Assembly: GCA_050949045.1 (NCBI GenBank)
Contig: JBMNEZ010000001.1
Span: 64,001-128,000 of the forward strand
DNA from: Candidatus Izemoplasmatales bacterium
GTDB lineage: Bacteria > Bacillota_I > Bacilli_A > Izemoplasmatales > Hujiaoplasmataceae
Direction of reading: 5' to 3'
Length of the DNA: 64,000 nucleotides
Part shown: piece after piece, positions 9,008-19,417 of the stretch
Layout: every line of letters begins with the position of its first letter
Position numbering within the stretch: the stretch's first letter is position 1
Notes under the pieces: generated by a model
The model's input: the letters and a program-made list of their open reading frames with translations, nothing else
What the model was told of the DNA's origin: nothing
Databases searched by the model: none
Translations under genes and position numbers: made by a program

Positions 9008-10882
9008 ATGAATAGGGGAAAAAATCTGTTTATCGGTGAACGAATGAAAAGCATCAGGGTCCTACAATTCATGTTTGTGGATGCCGTTGGAATAGCGCTA
9101 ACTTACTTGCTTGCCATCCTTGTTCTCAAATTTTCTGGGGTCCCAGGATTTGAATACAAGACAGCTTTGATGATTCTCCCTATTGTAATTGTCTTCAAAA
9201 TCGTCGCGTTCTACTTTATGAATTTGTATAAAATTGTACTTGACAATGTCGGCTTGGATGAGGTCATTCAGGTATTTCTTGCCGTTTTTGCGACAAACGC
9301 CGTTATTGTTATCGTCTTTTTGATCATTCCTGATCTGCAGTTCATTCCAGAAATACATATGATTTACACGACTGTTTTTGAAGCGCTAATCTTGTCTGTA
9401 CCAAGGCTTATTAAGCGTTTCCTAAACGTTCTTTTTTTGAAAAAATACAAAATTGGTGGCAAGCGTACATTGCTTGTCGGTGCCGGCGCCGGTGGAAAAC
9501 TGGTATTGAATGAAATCAGAAACAACCCGCAACTGCTTAATGTGCCGATCGCTTTTGTCGACGATGATCCGATGAAGATTGGCAAGTTGATGTCAGGATA
9601 CAAGATCTACGGTCCAATCGAGGAAATACCGAAACTTATCGATTCTCTCACAATTGAAGAAGTAATCATCTCTATTGCCAACATTGATTCCGCACGTTTC
9701 CAAGAGATTATCAAAATCATTGCCCAGAAGCCTGTCAAGATCAAAAGGCTACCGAAGTTTAAAGACTTAAAAAAAGAAGCTCCAAAAACGCTCTTAGAAG
9801 TCAATGTCGAAGATCTGCTTTCCCGAAATGTCGTTGAACTTGATGACGAGGGTATTAGAAAATTTATTGCTGGAAAACGGATCATGATAACCGGTGCGGG
9901 CGGCTCAATCGGGTCTGAACTTGTCCGGCAGATAGTTGAATTTGAACCGGCGGAACTGATTCTGCTAGACATCTACGAAAACAGCATCTATGATCTGCAG
10001 CAGGAACTGAAGTATAATATGACGCTCCCGGAAATGAAGAAAGTCCCCTTTCATGTGATCATCGGTTCTGTTTACAATATTGAGAGGATGGAAACGATTT
10101 TCAATGAGTATGAACCCGAGTTGATTTTTCACGCCGCCGCCTATAAACATGTGCCTTTGATGGAGGAATCCGCTGTCGAGGCTGTCAGGACAAATATCAT
10201 CGGAACTTATAACATTTGTAAACTGGCTGACAAATGTCAAGTTTCCAAAATGATTCTCGTTTCCAGCGACAAGGCTGTACGACCGACCAACATTATGGGC
10301 GCTACAAAACGATTTGCCGAGATGATCATGCAGCACTTCGCTTCGATATCAAACACAAAATATTGTGCTGTTAGGTTTGGAAATGTTCTCGACAGCAACG
10401 GATCGGTCGTCCCGCTTTTCAAGAAACAGATCGAACACGGTGGCCCCTTGACGGTTACCGATAGGAACATCATCCGCTATTTCATGACGATTCCCGAAGC
10501 TGTCGGCCTGATTCTCCAAGCAGCGACTTTCGCAGATGGCGGAGAGATCTTCATTCTCGACATGGGCGAACCAGTCAGAATAATTGATCTTGCGGAAAAG
10601 ATGATCATGCTGGCAGGATACAGACCGTATATTGATATTGATATTGAAATTATCGGGCTGAGACCAGGAGAAAAGTTGTTTGAGGAATTATTGCTCGACA
10701 CCGAAGGCGAAAACATCAAAACCGCAAATAAAAAGATTTTCATCGATTCCCTGAAAGGCGATAAGGAACTGGAAGCCGAGATCAAACAGATCTCTGAGAC
10801 ATTCGAGAAACTTGAAAATCAGGAAATCAAGGAGCTTATCCAACGATTCGTTCCCACATATCAACCTAAAAATAGGCGTTGA
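9008..10882 (+). CDS. CapD/PglF-type nucleoside-diphosphate sugar 4,6-dehydratase
   Basis: Four N-terminal TMs; 'TGAGGSIGSEL', 'HAAAYKHVP', 'SDKAVRPTNIMGATK' and 'RFGNVLDSNGSV' motifs. Confidence 0.93.
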   Translation: MNRGKNLFIGERMKSIRVLQFMFVDAVGIALTYLLAILVLKFSGVPGFEYKTALMILPIVIVFKIVAFYFMNLYKIVLDNVGLDEVIQVFLAVFATNAVIVIVFLIIPDLQFIPEIHMIYTTVFEALILSVPRLIKRFLNVLFLKKYKIGGKRTLLVGAGAGGKLVLNEIRNNPQLLNVPIAFVDDDPMKIGKLMSGYKIYGPIEEIPKLIDSLTIEEVIISIANIDSARFQEIIKIIAQKPVKIKRLPKFKDLKKEAPKTLLEVNVEDLLSRNVVELDDEGIRKFIAGKRIMITGAGGSIGSELVRQIVEFEPAELILLDIYENSIYDLQQELKYNMTLPEMKKVPFHVIIGSVYNIERMETIFNEYEPELIFHAAAYKHVPLMEESAVEAVRTNIIGTYNICKLADKCQVSKMILVSSDKAVRPTNIMGATKRFAEMIMQHFASISNTKYCAVRFGNVLDSNGSVVPLFKKQIEHGGPLTVTDRNIIRYFMTIPEAVGLILQAATFADGGEIFILDMGEPVRIIDLAEKMIMLAGYRPYIDIDIEIIGLRPGEKLFEELLLDTEGENIKTANKKIFIDSLKGDKELEAEIKQISETFEKLENQEIKELIQRFVPTYQPKNRR

Positions 10883-11043
10883 GACACGCCTTTTTTATTA
10901 AATCATTAAGAATACCGAAGGAAGGTTGCCGGTATCTTTTATTGGAGACTTTATCTGCATCTGGGTCTATGATACAATAATAATAGATCCATCTTGATTA
11001 GTATTTTTGAGTGTTGTTCAATCCGGATCTTGGGAGTGATAGA

Positions 11044-12405
11044 ATGTTTGCTTTGACAGTCGGTAGCAAGATCAGACTGGAAATCAGGAAACAGGGTATC
11101 AACGGCGAAGGGATCGGTTATTTCAACAAACTCGCAATCTTTGTCCCCGGGACAATTTTGAAAGAGGTTGTTCTCTGCGAGATTGTGGAACTGAAGGAAA
11201 GATACGCTATAGCCAGGATCGATGAGATTGAACGGATTTCCACCAAAAGAATAGAACCGCCGTGCAAGTTCTATGACCGGTGTGGCGGGTGTCAGATGCA
11301 GCATATCAAATATGAAGAACAACTGAAAATCAAGCAGAGTGTTCTCCGCCAGGCGCTTGCACGCTACACCGATCTCAATCTGAATGAAACAGAAATTCGC
11401 AGAACTATCGGTATGAAAGACTCTTACCATTACCGGAATAAGTCCCAAATGCCGTTCAAACAAACCAACTTCGGTCTTGCGCTAGGGTTTTTTCGCCCAA
11501 ATACCAACCATTTTGTTTATGTGGATGACTGTATCGTCCAAGACGAAATGGTCAACCGCATCAATAGTGAAACGCTCTCGATTCTTCGCAAACACCAGCT
11601 CAGTGCTGTCGATGGCGATCCCGAGAACGGGATTCTCTACAATCTAGTCGTCAGGCATTTCGCCTCCACCAAAAGCGCGAGCGTCACCTTTATCATTAAA
11701 AGGTACGATCCCAAACTGGAACTTGTGGCGAAAGACCTTATGAAGCGCAACAGCGTTATCAAATCGGTGACATATTCAGTCAATAAAAAAAGAAACCCCA
11801 TGGTTTTTGGTTCCTCAGTCGAATTAATTGCGGGCGACACCCATATTATTGATAAGTTTGGAGACTATGAGGTGAGGCTTTCACCCGATGTTTTTCATCA
11901 GTTGAATTCATCGCTAATGCAGATACTTTATGACGAGATTATCAAGGCGGCCGATCTCCAAGGCGGAGAAACCGTGATCGACTGCTACTCAGGAATCGGG
12001 CTTACTTCCATGCTCTTTGCCGCTAAGGCGAAGGAGGTCATCGGTATTGATTACGCAAAATCATCGATCGCTGATGCGACCGCAAATATTGAGGCCAATC
12101 AAATCGAAAACGTCAGATTCATTGCCAAGCATGTTGAAAGCGTGTTGCCCGAACTGCTTTCCGGAGGAGAGAAAATTGATTTAATTTTACTTGATCCCCC
12201 GAGAATGGGCCTTGACGACAGAGTTATCAATGCATTGTTGAAAAACAAAGCGAAAAAAGTAATCTATGTTTCTTGTAATCCCTCGACTCTTGCCAAAAAT
12301 CTTAAGCATCTTCTCAAAGGCTATACAATCGAGTATATTCAACCGCTCGATATGTTTCCCCATACGGCAAGTGTCGAGAGCATCACTTTGTTGAAAGCTA
12401 GATAA
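11044..12405 (+). CDS. rlmD: 23S rRNA m5U1939 methyltransferase
   Basis: TRAM domain, 'C..YDRCGGC' Fe-S motif, 'LDPPR', 'YVSCNP' and 'DMFPHT'. Confidence 0.92.
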   Translation: MFALTVGSKIRLEIRKQGINGEGIGYFNKLAIFVPGTILKEVVLCEIVELKERYAIARIDEIERISTKRIEPPCKFYDRCGGCQMQHIKYEEQLKIKQSVLRQALARYTDLNLNETEIRRTIGMKDSYHYRNKSQMPFKQTNFGLALGFFRPNTNHFVYVDDCIVQDEMVNRINSETLSILRKHQLSAVDGDPENGILYNLVVRHFASTKSASVTFIIKRYDPKLELVAKDLMKRNSVIKSVTYSVNKKRNPMVFGSSVELIAGDTHIIDKFGDYEVRLSPDVFHQLNSSLMQILYDEIIKAADLQGGETVIDCYSGIGLTSMLFAAKAKEVIGIDYAKSSIADATANIEANQIENVRFIAKHVESVLPELLSGGEKIDLILLDPPRMGLDDRVINALLKNKAKKVIYVSCNPSTLAKNLKHLLKGYTIEYIQPLDMFPHTASVESITLLKAR

Positions 12406-12736
12406 AACTCGCTCCATTACACAGCAGTTTAATTTTGAAAACAAATTGCTCTTTTCGATACCACACATTTCTATGGTACAGATGCATTGATAGAACAAAT
12501 GTGGTATAATAAAAAAGGCTGGAAAAGCGCGACATCATAACACTTGCGTTAATGACGTGATTCAGAATATAATAAGTTACTGTGGAAGAATCGGTTAACC
12601 ACGAATTTATAAAATGACTGATTAACTCCTTGAATATGAATTCTCTGATGGCAGTTGGGAACATAGTTGAACAGATTTAAAAAATGGTTTAAAACGACTA
12701 TATATTAAAAACAATTAAATATTATAGGAGAGGCCA

Positions 12737-14404
12737 ATGAAAACTGATCTCGAAATTGCTCAAGAGAACAAAATGGAACCGATTGAGACAATTGCCGCCA
12801 AACTTGGCATCAATAGCGAGCAGCTTGAACATTATGGAAGATACAAGGCAAAGATAATTATTGACGATGACTTTATCTTGAGCCATCCTGTAAAGGGAAA
12901 ACTGGTATTGGTGACAGCGATCACCCCAACCTCGGCAGGAGAAGGCAAATCGACAACGACGATTGGCCTTGGAGACGCTCTTAATCGTCTTGGTTATCAA
13001 ACTACCGTTTGTATTCGTGAGCCGTCTTTGGGACCGGTGATGGGGGTTAAAGGCGGAGCCGCGGGCGGTGGCTACTCCCAAGCGGTGCCTATGGAGGATA
13101 TCAATCTTCATTTCACCGGCGACATCCATGCCGTCACTACCGCCAACAATTTGATCAGTGCGGTGATCGACAATCACCTTTTCCAAGGAAACGATCTCAA
13201 GATTGACAAGGACAAGATCGTCTGGAAACGGGCGATGGATATGAATGACCGCGCGTTGAGAAAGATTGAAGTCGGCTTATCTAGCAAAAAGGAAACGCCC
13301 CGACCGGATGGATTTGATATTTCCGTTGCTTCCGAAGTGATGGCTGTCCTTTGCCTATCCAAAAACATCAATGAATTGAAATCGAGAATAGCGAGGATGA
13401 TCGTCGCCTATGATCAGAACGATTTTCCAATTAGTGTCGGCGATCTCAAAGTTCAAGGGGCGGTCGCTACGCTGCTCAAAGACGCGATCAAACCCAATCT
13501 TGTCCAAACGCTTGAGCATAATCCGGCATTGATTCACGGTGGCCCCTTTGCGAATATCGCCCATGGATGCAATTCGGTGATTGCGACCGACTTTGCTCTC
13601 AGAACGAGTGACTACGTCATCACCGAAGCGGGATTCGGCGCTGACCTTGGTATGGAAAAATTTATTGACATCAAAACCAGAGTCTTGCAAAAGATGCCTT
13701 CTGCGATTGTTCTTGTCGCCAGCATCAGGGCTTTGAAAGCACATGGAGGCGTTTTGAAAGAGAATCTGGGGAACGAAAATCTTGAAGCCCTCAAACATGG
13801 GTTGGGCAATTTGGAAAAACATATCGAAAATATCGGTTATTTTGACATCCCCTTTGTGGTCGCTCTCAATCGTTTTCCTTCGGACACCGATGCCGAAATC
13901 AACTGCCTGCTTGACTGGGCAAAAGCCAATCGGCATGAGATTGCGTTATCAGAGGTATTTCAGAAGGGTTCGGCTGGCGGTTTGGACCTTGGAAAAGCTG
14001 TGCTTCGGCTCATAAATCAGAAAACAAAGAAACCGGGCAAAACATTATATCCTTTGGAAATGACAATAAAAGAGAAGATCGAATTGATCGCATCAAAATT
14101 ATACGGGGCCAAAGAAGTAGTTTATTCGGATAAAGCGCGTGATCAGATCGTTAAAGCTACCGCAACCGGATGGGGAGCGCTCCCTATCTGTATGGCAAAG
14201 ACGCCTTTATCCTTGTCGGATAATCCGAAACTGCTTGGTCGACCGCGCGATTTCACAATCACGATCAGGGAGATCAAACCATCGCTTGGTGCCGGGTTCA
14301 TCGTTGCGCTGACGGGAGACGTCATGACGATGCCGGGTCTTCCAAAAAAAGGAGCTTTTGAAAATGTGGACGTAATCAATAACAAGATCATCGGCCTATT
14401 TTAG
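12737..14404 (+). CDS. fhs: Formate--tetrahydrofolate ligase
   Basis: 'TPTSAGEGKST', 'KGGAAGGGYSQ', 'HGGPFANIAHG' and 'MPGLP' motifs. Confidence 0.97.
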   Translation: MKTDLEIAQENKMEPIETIAAKLGINSEQLEHYGRYKAKIIIDDDFILSHPVKGKLVLVTAITPTSAGEGKSTTTIGLGDALNRLGYQTTVCIREPSLGPVMGVKGGAAGGGYSQAVPMEDINLHFTGDIHAVTTANNLISAVIDNHLFQGNDLKIDKDKIVWKRAMDMNDRALRKIEVGLSSKKETPRPDGFDISVASEVMAVLCLSKNINELKSRIARMIVAYDQNDFPISVGDLKVQGAVATLLKDAIKPNLVQTLEHNPALIHGGPFANIAHGCNSVIATDFALRTSDYVITEAGFGADLGMEKFIDIKTRVLQKMPSAIVLVASIRALKAHGGVLKENLGNENLEALKHGLGNLEKHIENIGYFDIPFVVALNRFPSDTDAEINCLLDWAKANRHEIALSEVFQKGSAGGLDLGKAVLRLINQKTKKPGKTLYPLEMTIKEKIELIASKLYGAKEVVYSDKARDQIVKATATGWGALPICMAKTPLSLSDNPKLLGRPRDFTITIREIKPSLGAGFIVALTGDVMTMPGLPKKGAFENVDVINNKIIGLF

Positions 14405-14413
14405 GAGGATAAT

Positions 14414-14842
14414 ATGAAACAAAAAACAAAAACATTGACTCAGAAACTTCGCGATCTCGGGATCAAAATCATGGAAAAAACAAAAGCAGGCTTTAGTAAA
14501 GTGAAAGCCGGGATCGAGAATACCCTGCTTGAGGATAATCTACGAAAAAGATTCAACCTGGTGAATCCCTACAAGTTCCAAATCATCAAAGACAAAGAAG
14601 TTCGAAACACGATCATCGATGAATTATTTTACCGGCATGCCAAGCGTTATGATGAAGACGATCTCTTTGTCTTCTATGGATCCATTGAGCAGAATGACCT
14701 GCAAAAAGGCTATTATGTGAGAGATCTAAGCGCCAATGCTGATTATGAGATCAAAGAGATCATGGAGGTCCAGATTCCAATCGAGTACCAGGGCAAGAAT
14801 TATGATGTGACTTGCACCGCTACTGTTTGTGAATTGGTATGA
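14414..14842 (+). CDS. Hypothetical protein
   Basis: Good RBS (AGGAGG) and packed between operonic genes; no family recognised. Confidence 0.65.
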   Translation: MKQKTKTLTQKLRDLGIKIMEKTKAGFSKVKAGIENTLLEDNLRKRFNLVNPYKFQIIKDKEVRNTIIDELFYRHAKRYDEDDLFVFYGSIEQNDLQKGYYVRDLSANADYEIKEIMEVQIPIEYQGKNYDVTCTATVCELV

Positions 14843-14846
14843 TGTC

Positions 14847-15434
14847 ATGACTCTTAAACAACAGTTTATCGATATTTATAATGAAAAGATCACCCGCCAG
14901 GGCGCCAATGAACTTTTGAAGTATCTGCTTTCGGATCAATCCGACTTTTTTGAAGCCCCGGCTTCGACAAGATATCACCTCGCTCGTCCCGGGGGGCTTT
15001 TGGAACATTCGCTCAACGTCTATCGCTGTCTCAAGGATTATCTTTCGCGAGACATCGTCAAAAACACCTTCCAGTTAAATCCCAGCGAAGAGACAATCGC
15101 GATCGTTGCCTTGCTTCACGATCTGTGCAAGATCAATGTCTACCAGAAATCTTTTCGGAATGTCAAGGATAGCCAGGGCAAGTGGTCTCAAGTCCTGGCT
15201 TTTGATTATCAGGATAAACTGCCTTATGGCCACGGTGAAAAATCGGTGTACATCATTTCCGGCTTCATGAAACTGACCCGTGAAGAGGCATTTGCAATCA
15301 GATATCATATGGGGTTTTCCAACACAGAAGATATAAACAACGTCGGTAAGGCGTTCCAAATGTTTCCGCTTGCTTTGGCTTTATCGACGGCAGATATGGA
15401 GGCAACCTATTTTCTTGAAGCTGACAGCGAATGA
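14847..15434 (+). CDS. HD-domain phosphohydrolase
   Basis: 'APASTRYH', 'GGLLEHSLNV', 'LLHDLCK', 'GHGEKS' and 'IRYHMG' motifs. Confidence 0.85.
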   Translation: MTLKQQFIDIYNEKITRQGANELLKYLLSDQSDFFEAPASTRYHLARPGGLLEHSLNVYRCLKDYLSRDIVKNTFQLNPSEETIAIVALLHDLCKINVYQKSFRNVKDSQGKWSQVLAFDYQDKLPYGHGEKSVYIISGFMKLTREEAFAIRYHMGFSNTEDINNVGKAFQMFPLALALSTADMEATYFLEADSE

Positions 15435-15535
15435 TTTTCCAATCAAAATCAGAAACTTCTCCGCTGAAGTTTCTTTTTTTTGATATCGATAGCGGTGAAC
15501 TATATGATATAATAGCCAACGCTTGAGGTGATATT

Positions 15536-16942
15536 TTGGCCAAGATTTTTGATCTTACGGAAGGATCGATTTTCAAGAAACTGTTTCTGATCGCATTACC
15601 GGTCCTGCTTTCATCAATTTCTCAGATGGCTTACAATTTAACCGATATGTTTTGGGTCGGCCGCGTTGATGAAATCGGTCTTATTGAACATGAGGCGATT
15701 TCTGCAATCGGAACAGCTGGGTATATCGTCTGGTTTGCTTTTGGGGTAATCTTGATCGGAAGGATTGGCACTAGTGTCAAAGTCTCTCACGCCGCAGGCG
15801 CAAAAGATTATCAAGCACTTGAACGTTATGCCTTGAACGGGATACTTTGGCAATTGGGAATTGGGGTTATTATCTCGTTGTTAGTCTTCATCCTCAAAAA
15901 GCCGCTCATTGCCATTTTTGCGATTTCATCGATCGCTGTCGTCAATTATGCTACGGAATATCTCGCCGTTGTCGGCGGACTTTTAGTTTTTCAATTCGTC
16001 ACGAGCGGCTTCATGGCAATCAACGAAGGGATCGGAAAGACCAAGACCAACTTTCTGATTACGATTATCGGACTTTGCGCCAATATGATTTTGGACCCGA
16101 TCATGATTTTGGGTATGAAACTTGGAGTTCTGGGCGCGGCGATTGCGACTGTAATCGCCCAAATGCTCACAATGCTCGCTTTCTTGTTTGTTTTTCTCAA
16201 ATCAAAAGAAAAACTCTTTCATTTTCACATAAAGGAGCTCAAGCCTGTTGTCATCAAGGAAATTGTTAGGATCGGTTTTCCCGCAGGTATTCAGAGCATG
16301 ATTTTCACGATGATCTCGATCTACATCGCTAGGTTGGTGTTCGGCTTTGGCGAATACGTCATGGCTGCCCAGAGGATTGGCACTCAAGTTGAGCAACTCA
16401 CATGGATGATCGGCGGCGGCTTCCAAACTGCTCTCACAGTCTACATCGGTCAAAACTTTGGCGCCAAGCAATTCTCACGGGTACGGCGGGGCGTTGGCGC
16501 AATGTCAGGGCTTTTAATACCGTATTCAGGGATGATCGCCTTGATGCTTTTGTTTCTTGCGCAAGCATTTATGGGACTTTTTGTCGATGATCCAATCACC
16601 CAAGGATATGGTGTCCGATATCTCAAGATTATCAGTTTTGCCCAGGTTTTCATGATGATGGAAACGATTGGTGCCGGCTTTTTCAACGGTATCGGCAGAA
16701 CCGAGATTCCTTCTGCGGTTGGAATTTTTGGCAATCTGATCAGGATTCCGCTTGCATATCTGTTAATGTCAAGTCTTAATGAGGAAGGTATCTGGTGGTC
16801 ATTGAACTTGTCTGATGTTTTCAAAGGCGTTTTTCTATTTTTCGGGGCGCTTTTCTTAATGAGAAATCTAGAAAAATTGAAGCCAAAAAAGCATAAGCCA
16901 GCTGCACTCTTGTCGGAGGAACAAGGCGAGACGACAACATGA
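15536..16942 (+). CDS. MATE family efflux transporter
   Basis: 'DLTEGSI', 'YNLTDMFWVG' and 'NMILDPI...GVLGAAIAT' motifs; about 12 TMs. Confidence 0.92.
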   Translation: MAKIFDLTEGSIFKKLFLIALPVLLSSISQMAYNLTDMFWVGRVDEIGLIEHEAISAIGTAGYIVWFAFGVILIGRIGTSVKVSHAAGAKDYQALERYALNGILWQLGIGVIISLLVFILKKPLIAIFAISSIAVVNYATEYLAVVGGLLVFQFVTSGFMAINEGIGKTKTNFLITIIGLCANMILDPIMILGMKLGVLGAAIATVIAQMLTMLAFLFVFLKSKEKLFHFHIKELKPVVIKEIVRIGFPAGIQSMIFTMISIYIARLVFGFGEYVMAAQRIGTQVEQLTWMIGGGFQTALTVYIGQNFGAKQFSRVRRGVGAMSGLLIPYSGMIALMLLFLAQAFMGLFVDDPITQGYGVRYLKIISFAQVFMMMETIGAGFFNGIGRTEIPSAVGIFGNLIRIPLAYLLMSSLNEEGIWWSLNLSDVFKGVFLFFGALFLMRNLEKLKPKKHKPAALLSEEQGETTT

Positions 16943-17030
16943 TTTATCTGACCACTATTGTGGTTTGCGATTTGATTCCCGCATTTTTATGATACAATGA
17001 AATCAACATCAGGAAAGGAAGAACGTTGAC

Positions 17031-17972
17031 ATGAGTTGGTATGGATATGTTCTGATTATGGTTTTGGTTTTGATATTGTTGTTTGTCGCCATTGTCGGCT
17101 ATATCGGTGCGTATCGGCTTTTCCATCCTGCTCATGGAGATCTCGAATATACTAGAAGAAGAGAACAGGAACGCAGTCCGGGACTGATGGATATTTATGA
17201 TAATTGGAATGTCAAAAAATATACGATCAAATCCAGGCATGGATATGATTTGGCAGTATATCAAGTCAAACCCGAGTTAGAAAGCAACCGTTTCGTTGTT
17301 CTTGCCCACGGGTATGGCTATACCCATCACGGTGTTGTCAAATACGCTAAGATGATGCTCGCACTCGGATTCAATGTCGTTATGTTTGATGAACGTTTCC
17401 ATGGGCAGTCCGGTGGTACTTTTTGTAGTATGGGCTACTATGAGAAGGATGATGTCTATGATCTCGTGTCCGCTATCATCGAACGTTACGGAAAGGACAT
17501 CATCATCGGAACTTATGGAGAATCAATGGGTGGGGCCGCAGTCATTCTCGAACAGGCAATCGACAAGCGGATTCATTTCGTCATTACCGACTGTACTTTT
17601 TTTGATTTGACAGAGTTGATGCTTTATCAAGTAAAAAAGGCGATTGGTTTGATGCCACAGCCGTTTGTTTTCTTTACTAACTTATTTTTTAAAATCAGGA
17701 CCGGTGTCTGGTTGAAGGATATTTCACCAATCAAAAACGTCGTTGAACCTAATTGCCCGATGCTGTTTGTCCACGGCGAAGAAGATGAGGTTATCCCGCC
17801 CGAACATTCAAAAAAGCTATACGAATCTTGTAAAGGCAAAAAAGCAATCTATATTGCTGGAAACCATGCTCGCCATACGGATTCCGCAAGATACAACGAG
17901 GATGAGTATTTGATCAAATTGAGATCTTTTTTCAAGGAGACAGTCTGTCTCTCGGACAGGAGCACCATATGA
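17031..17972 (+). CDS. Membrane-anchored alpha/beta hydrolase (YqkD-like)
   Basis: N-terminal TM; 'HGY', 'GESMGG', 'HGEED' and a C-terminal His. Confidence 0.88.
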   Translation: MSWYGYVLIMVLVLILLFVAIVGYIGAYRLFHPAHGDLEYTRRREQERSPGLMDIYDNWNVKKYTIKSRHGYDLAVYQVKPELESNRFVVLAHGYGYTHHGVVKYAKMMLALGFNVVMFDERFHGQSGGTFCSMGYYEKDDVYDLVSAIIERYGKDIIIGTYGESMGGAAVILEQAIDKRIHFVITDCTFFDLTELMLYQVKKAIGLMPQPFVFFTNLFFKIRTGVWLKDISPIKNVVEPNCPMLFVHGEEDEVIPPEHSKKLYESCKGKKAIYIAGNHARHTDSARYNEDEYLIKLRSFFKETVCLSDRSTI

Positions 17973-19408
17973 CTTACGATGTGATCATCATCGGCGCCGG
18001 CGTAATTGGCACCAACATTGCCAGAGAACTGGCAAAATATCAACTTGATATCGCTGTGTTGGAGATGAATCTTGACGTCTGCGAAGGTACTTCCAAAGCA
18101 AACTCGGGGATCGTTCACAGCGGTTACGATGCCAAGTTTGGAAGCCTCAAAGCAAAATACAATGTCATCGGCAACAGATTGATGGAACCGCTGTGTAAAG
18201 AATTGGCTGTCACTTTCAAACATAACGGTTCTTTGGTGTTGGCTTTTTCTCCCTCTGAGAGTGAGACTCTTAGAGCACTTCTTGAACAAGGGCGGAAAAA
18301 CGGAGTTGTCGGACTCAAGATCCTTGAGCGCGAACAGGTACTGGAAATGGAACCGAATGTCAGCAACAATGTGTATCAGGCGCTCTATGCCCCATCTAGC
18401 GGAATAGTTGATCCGTTCGAATTGACCTTGGCAGCTGCGGAGGTCGCAGCCTTAAACGGGGTCAATTTCCATTTTGGTACCAAAGTCGAGAATATTGAAA
18501 AAAAGGACTGTCAATTCCAAATCACGACTAACCGTGGGCAGTTTTACTCCCGTATTGTCATTAATGCGGCAGGTGTTTACGCTGACGACATCAATAACTT
18601 GCTCAGCGAATATCGCTATTCGATACGGCCCCGGAAAGGCGAATATTGCCTTTTTGACAAACAGGTCGGCAATTATGTGAAGTCGACTCTCTTTCAACTT
18701 CCGACGGAAAAAGGCAAGGGCGTGCTCGTCACCCCAACCGCCGAAGGTAATCTATTGATTGGGCCAAACTCCGAAGATATCGATGACAAGAATGATACTT
18801 CAACTTCGGCAGAAGGTATTAAGGACATTATCGCGAAGGCGAAAATCAGCGTGGCAAACATCCCGCTTCCCTACCTCATCACCGGTTTCGCTGGACTCAG
18901 AGCTAGTGAAAAAAATGGGGATTTTGTTATCGGTGAAGCAAAAGATGTTCCCGGGTTCTTCAATGCTTTGGGCATCGAATCTCCGGGTTTGACTGCGGCG
19001 CCGGCGATCGCGATCGAAATCGCCGAGCAGGTTAGTAGAAGTTTAAAGGCGAAATTTCGTGAAGGTTATGTCTCTAGTCGAGACAAAGCCGTCCATTTCG
19101 AATCACTCTCCATTGAGGGCAAGAAAGAATTATTTCAAAAGGACAAAAACTATGGCAAGGTCATCTGTCGCTGCGAACTTGTCACGCTTGCGGAGATTCT
19201 CGATTCGATCAGAAGACCATTGGGAGCGAGAACCGTTGATGGAGTCAAGCGGCGGACCAGAGCCGGAAGCGGCCGCTGCCAAGGCGGGTTTTGTTCGCCG
19301 AGAATCGTTGAAATTCTGGCAAAAGAACTTGGAAAGGATTTGCGGGAAATAGTCAAATCCAGCGAAAAATCAACATATTTGATCGGTCTTGACAAGGAGT
19401 TGCTTTAA
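17969..19408 (+). CDS. FAD-dependent oxidoreductase with C-terminal BFD-like [2Fe-2S] domain (GlpA-like)
   Basis: GAGVIG, 'TSKANSGIVHSG' and 'ICRCE...GRCQGGFC' motifs. Confidence 0.85.
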   Translation: MTYDVIIIGAGVIGTNIARELAKYQLDIAVLEMNLDVCEGTSKANSGIVHSGYDAKFGSLKAKYNVIGNRLMEPLCKELAVTFKHNGSLVLAFSPSESETLRALLEQGRKNGVVGLKILEREQVLEMEPNVSNNVYQALYAPSSGIVDPFELTLAAAEVAALNGVNFHFGTKVENIEKKDCQFQITTNRGQFYSRIVINAAGVYADDINNLLSEYRYSIRPRKGEYCLFDKQVGNYVKSTLFQLPTEKGKGVLVTPTAEGNLLIGPNSEDIDDKNDTSTSAEGIKDIIAKAKISVANIPLPYLITGFAGLRASEKNGDFVIGEAKDVPGFFNALGIESPGLTAAPAIAIEIAEQVSRSLKAKFREGYVSSRDKAVHFESLSIEGKKELFQKDKNYGKVICRCELVTLAEILDSIRRPLGARTVDGVKRRTRAGSGRCQGGFCSPRIVEILAKELGKDLREIVKSSEKSTYLIGLDKELL

Positions 19409-19417
19409 GGAGGGCTC

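Noticed and set aside
12405..12736. ZTP or THF riboswitch before fhs
   Set aside because: Only fragments match (GCGTTAA, GTGG..CCAC, TGACTG), and they are in the wrong order or lack the conserved partners.
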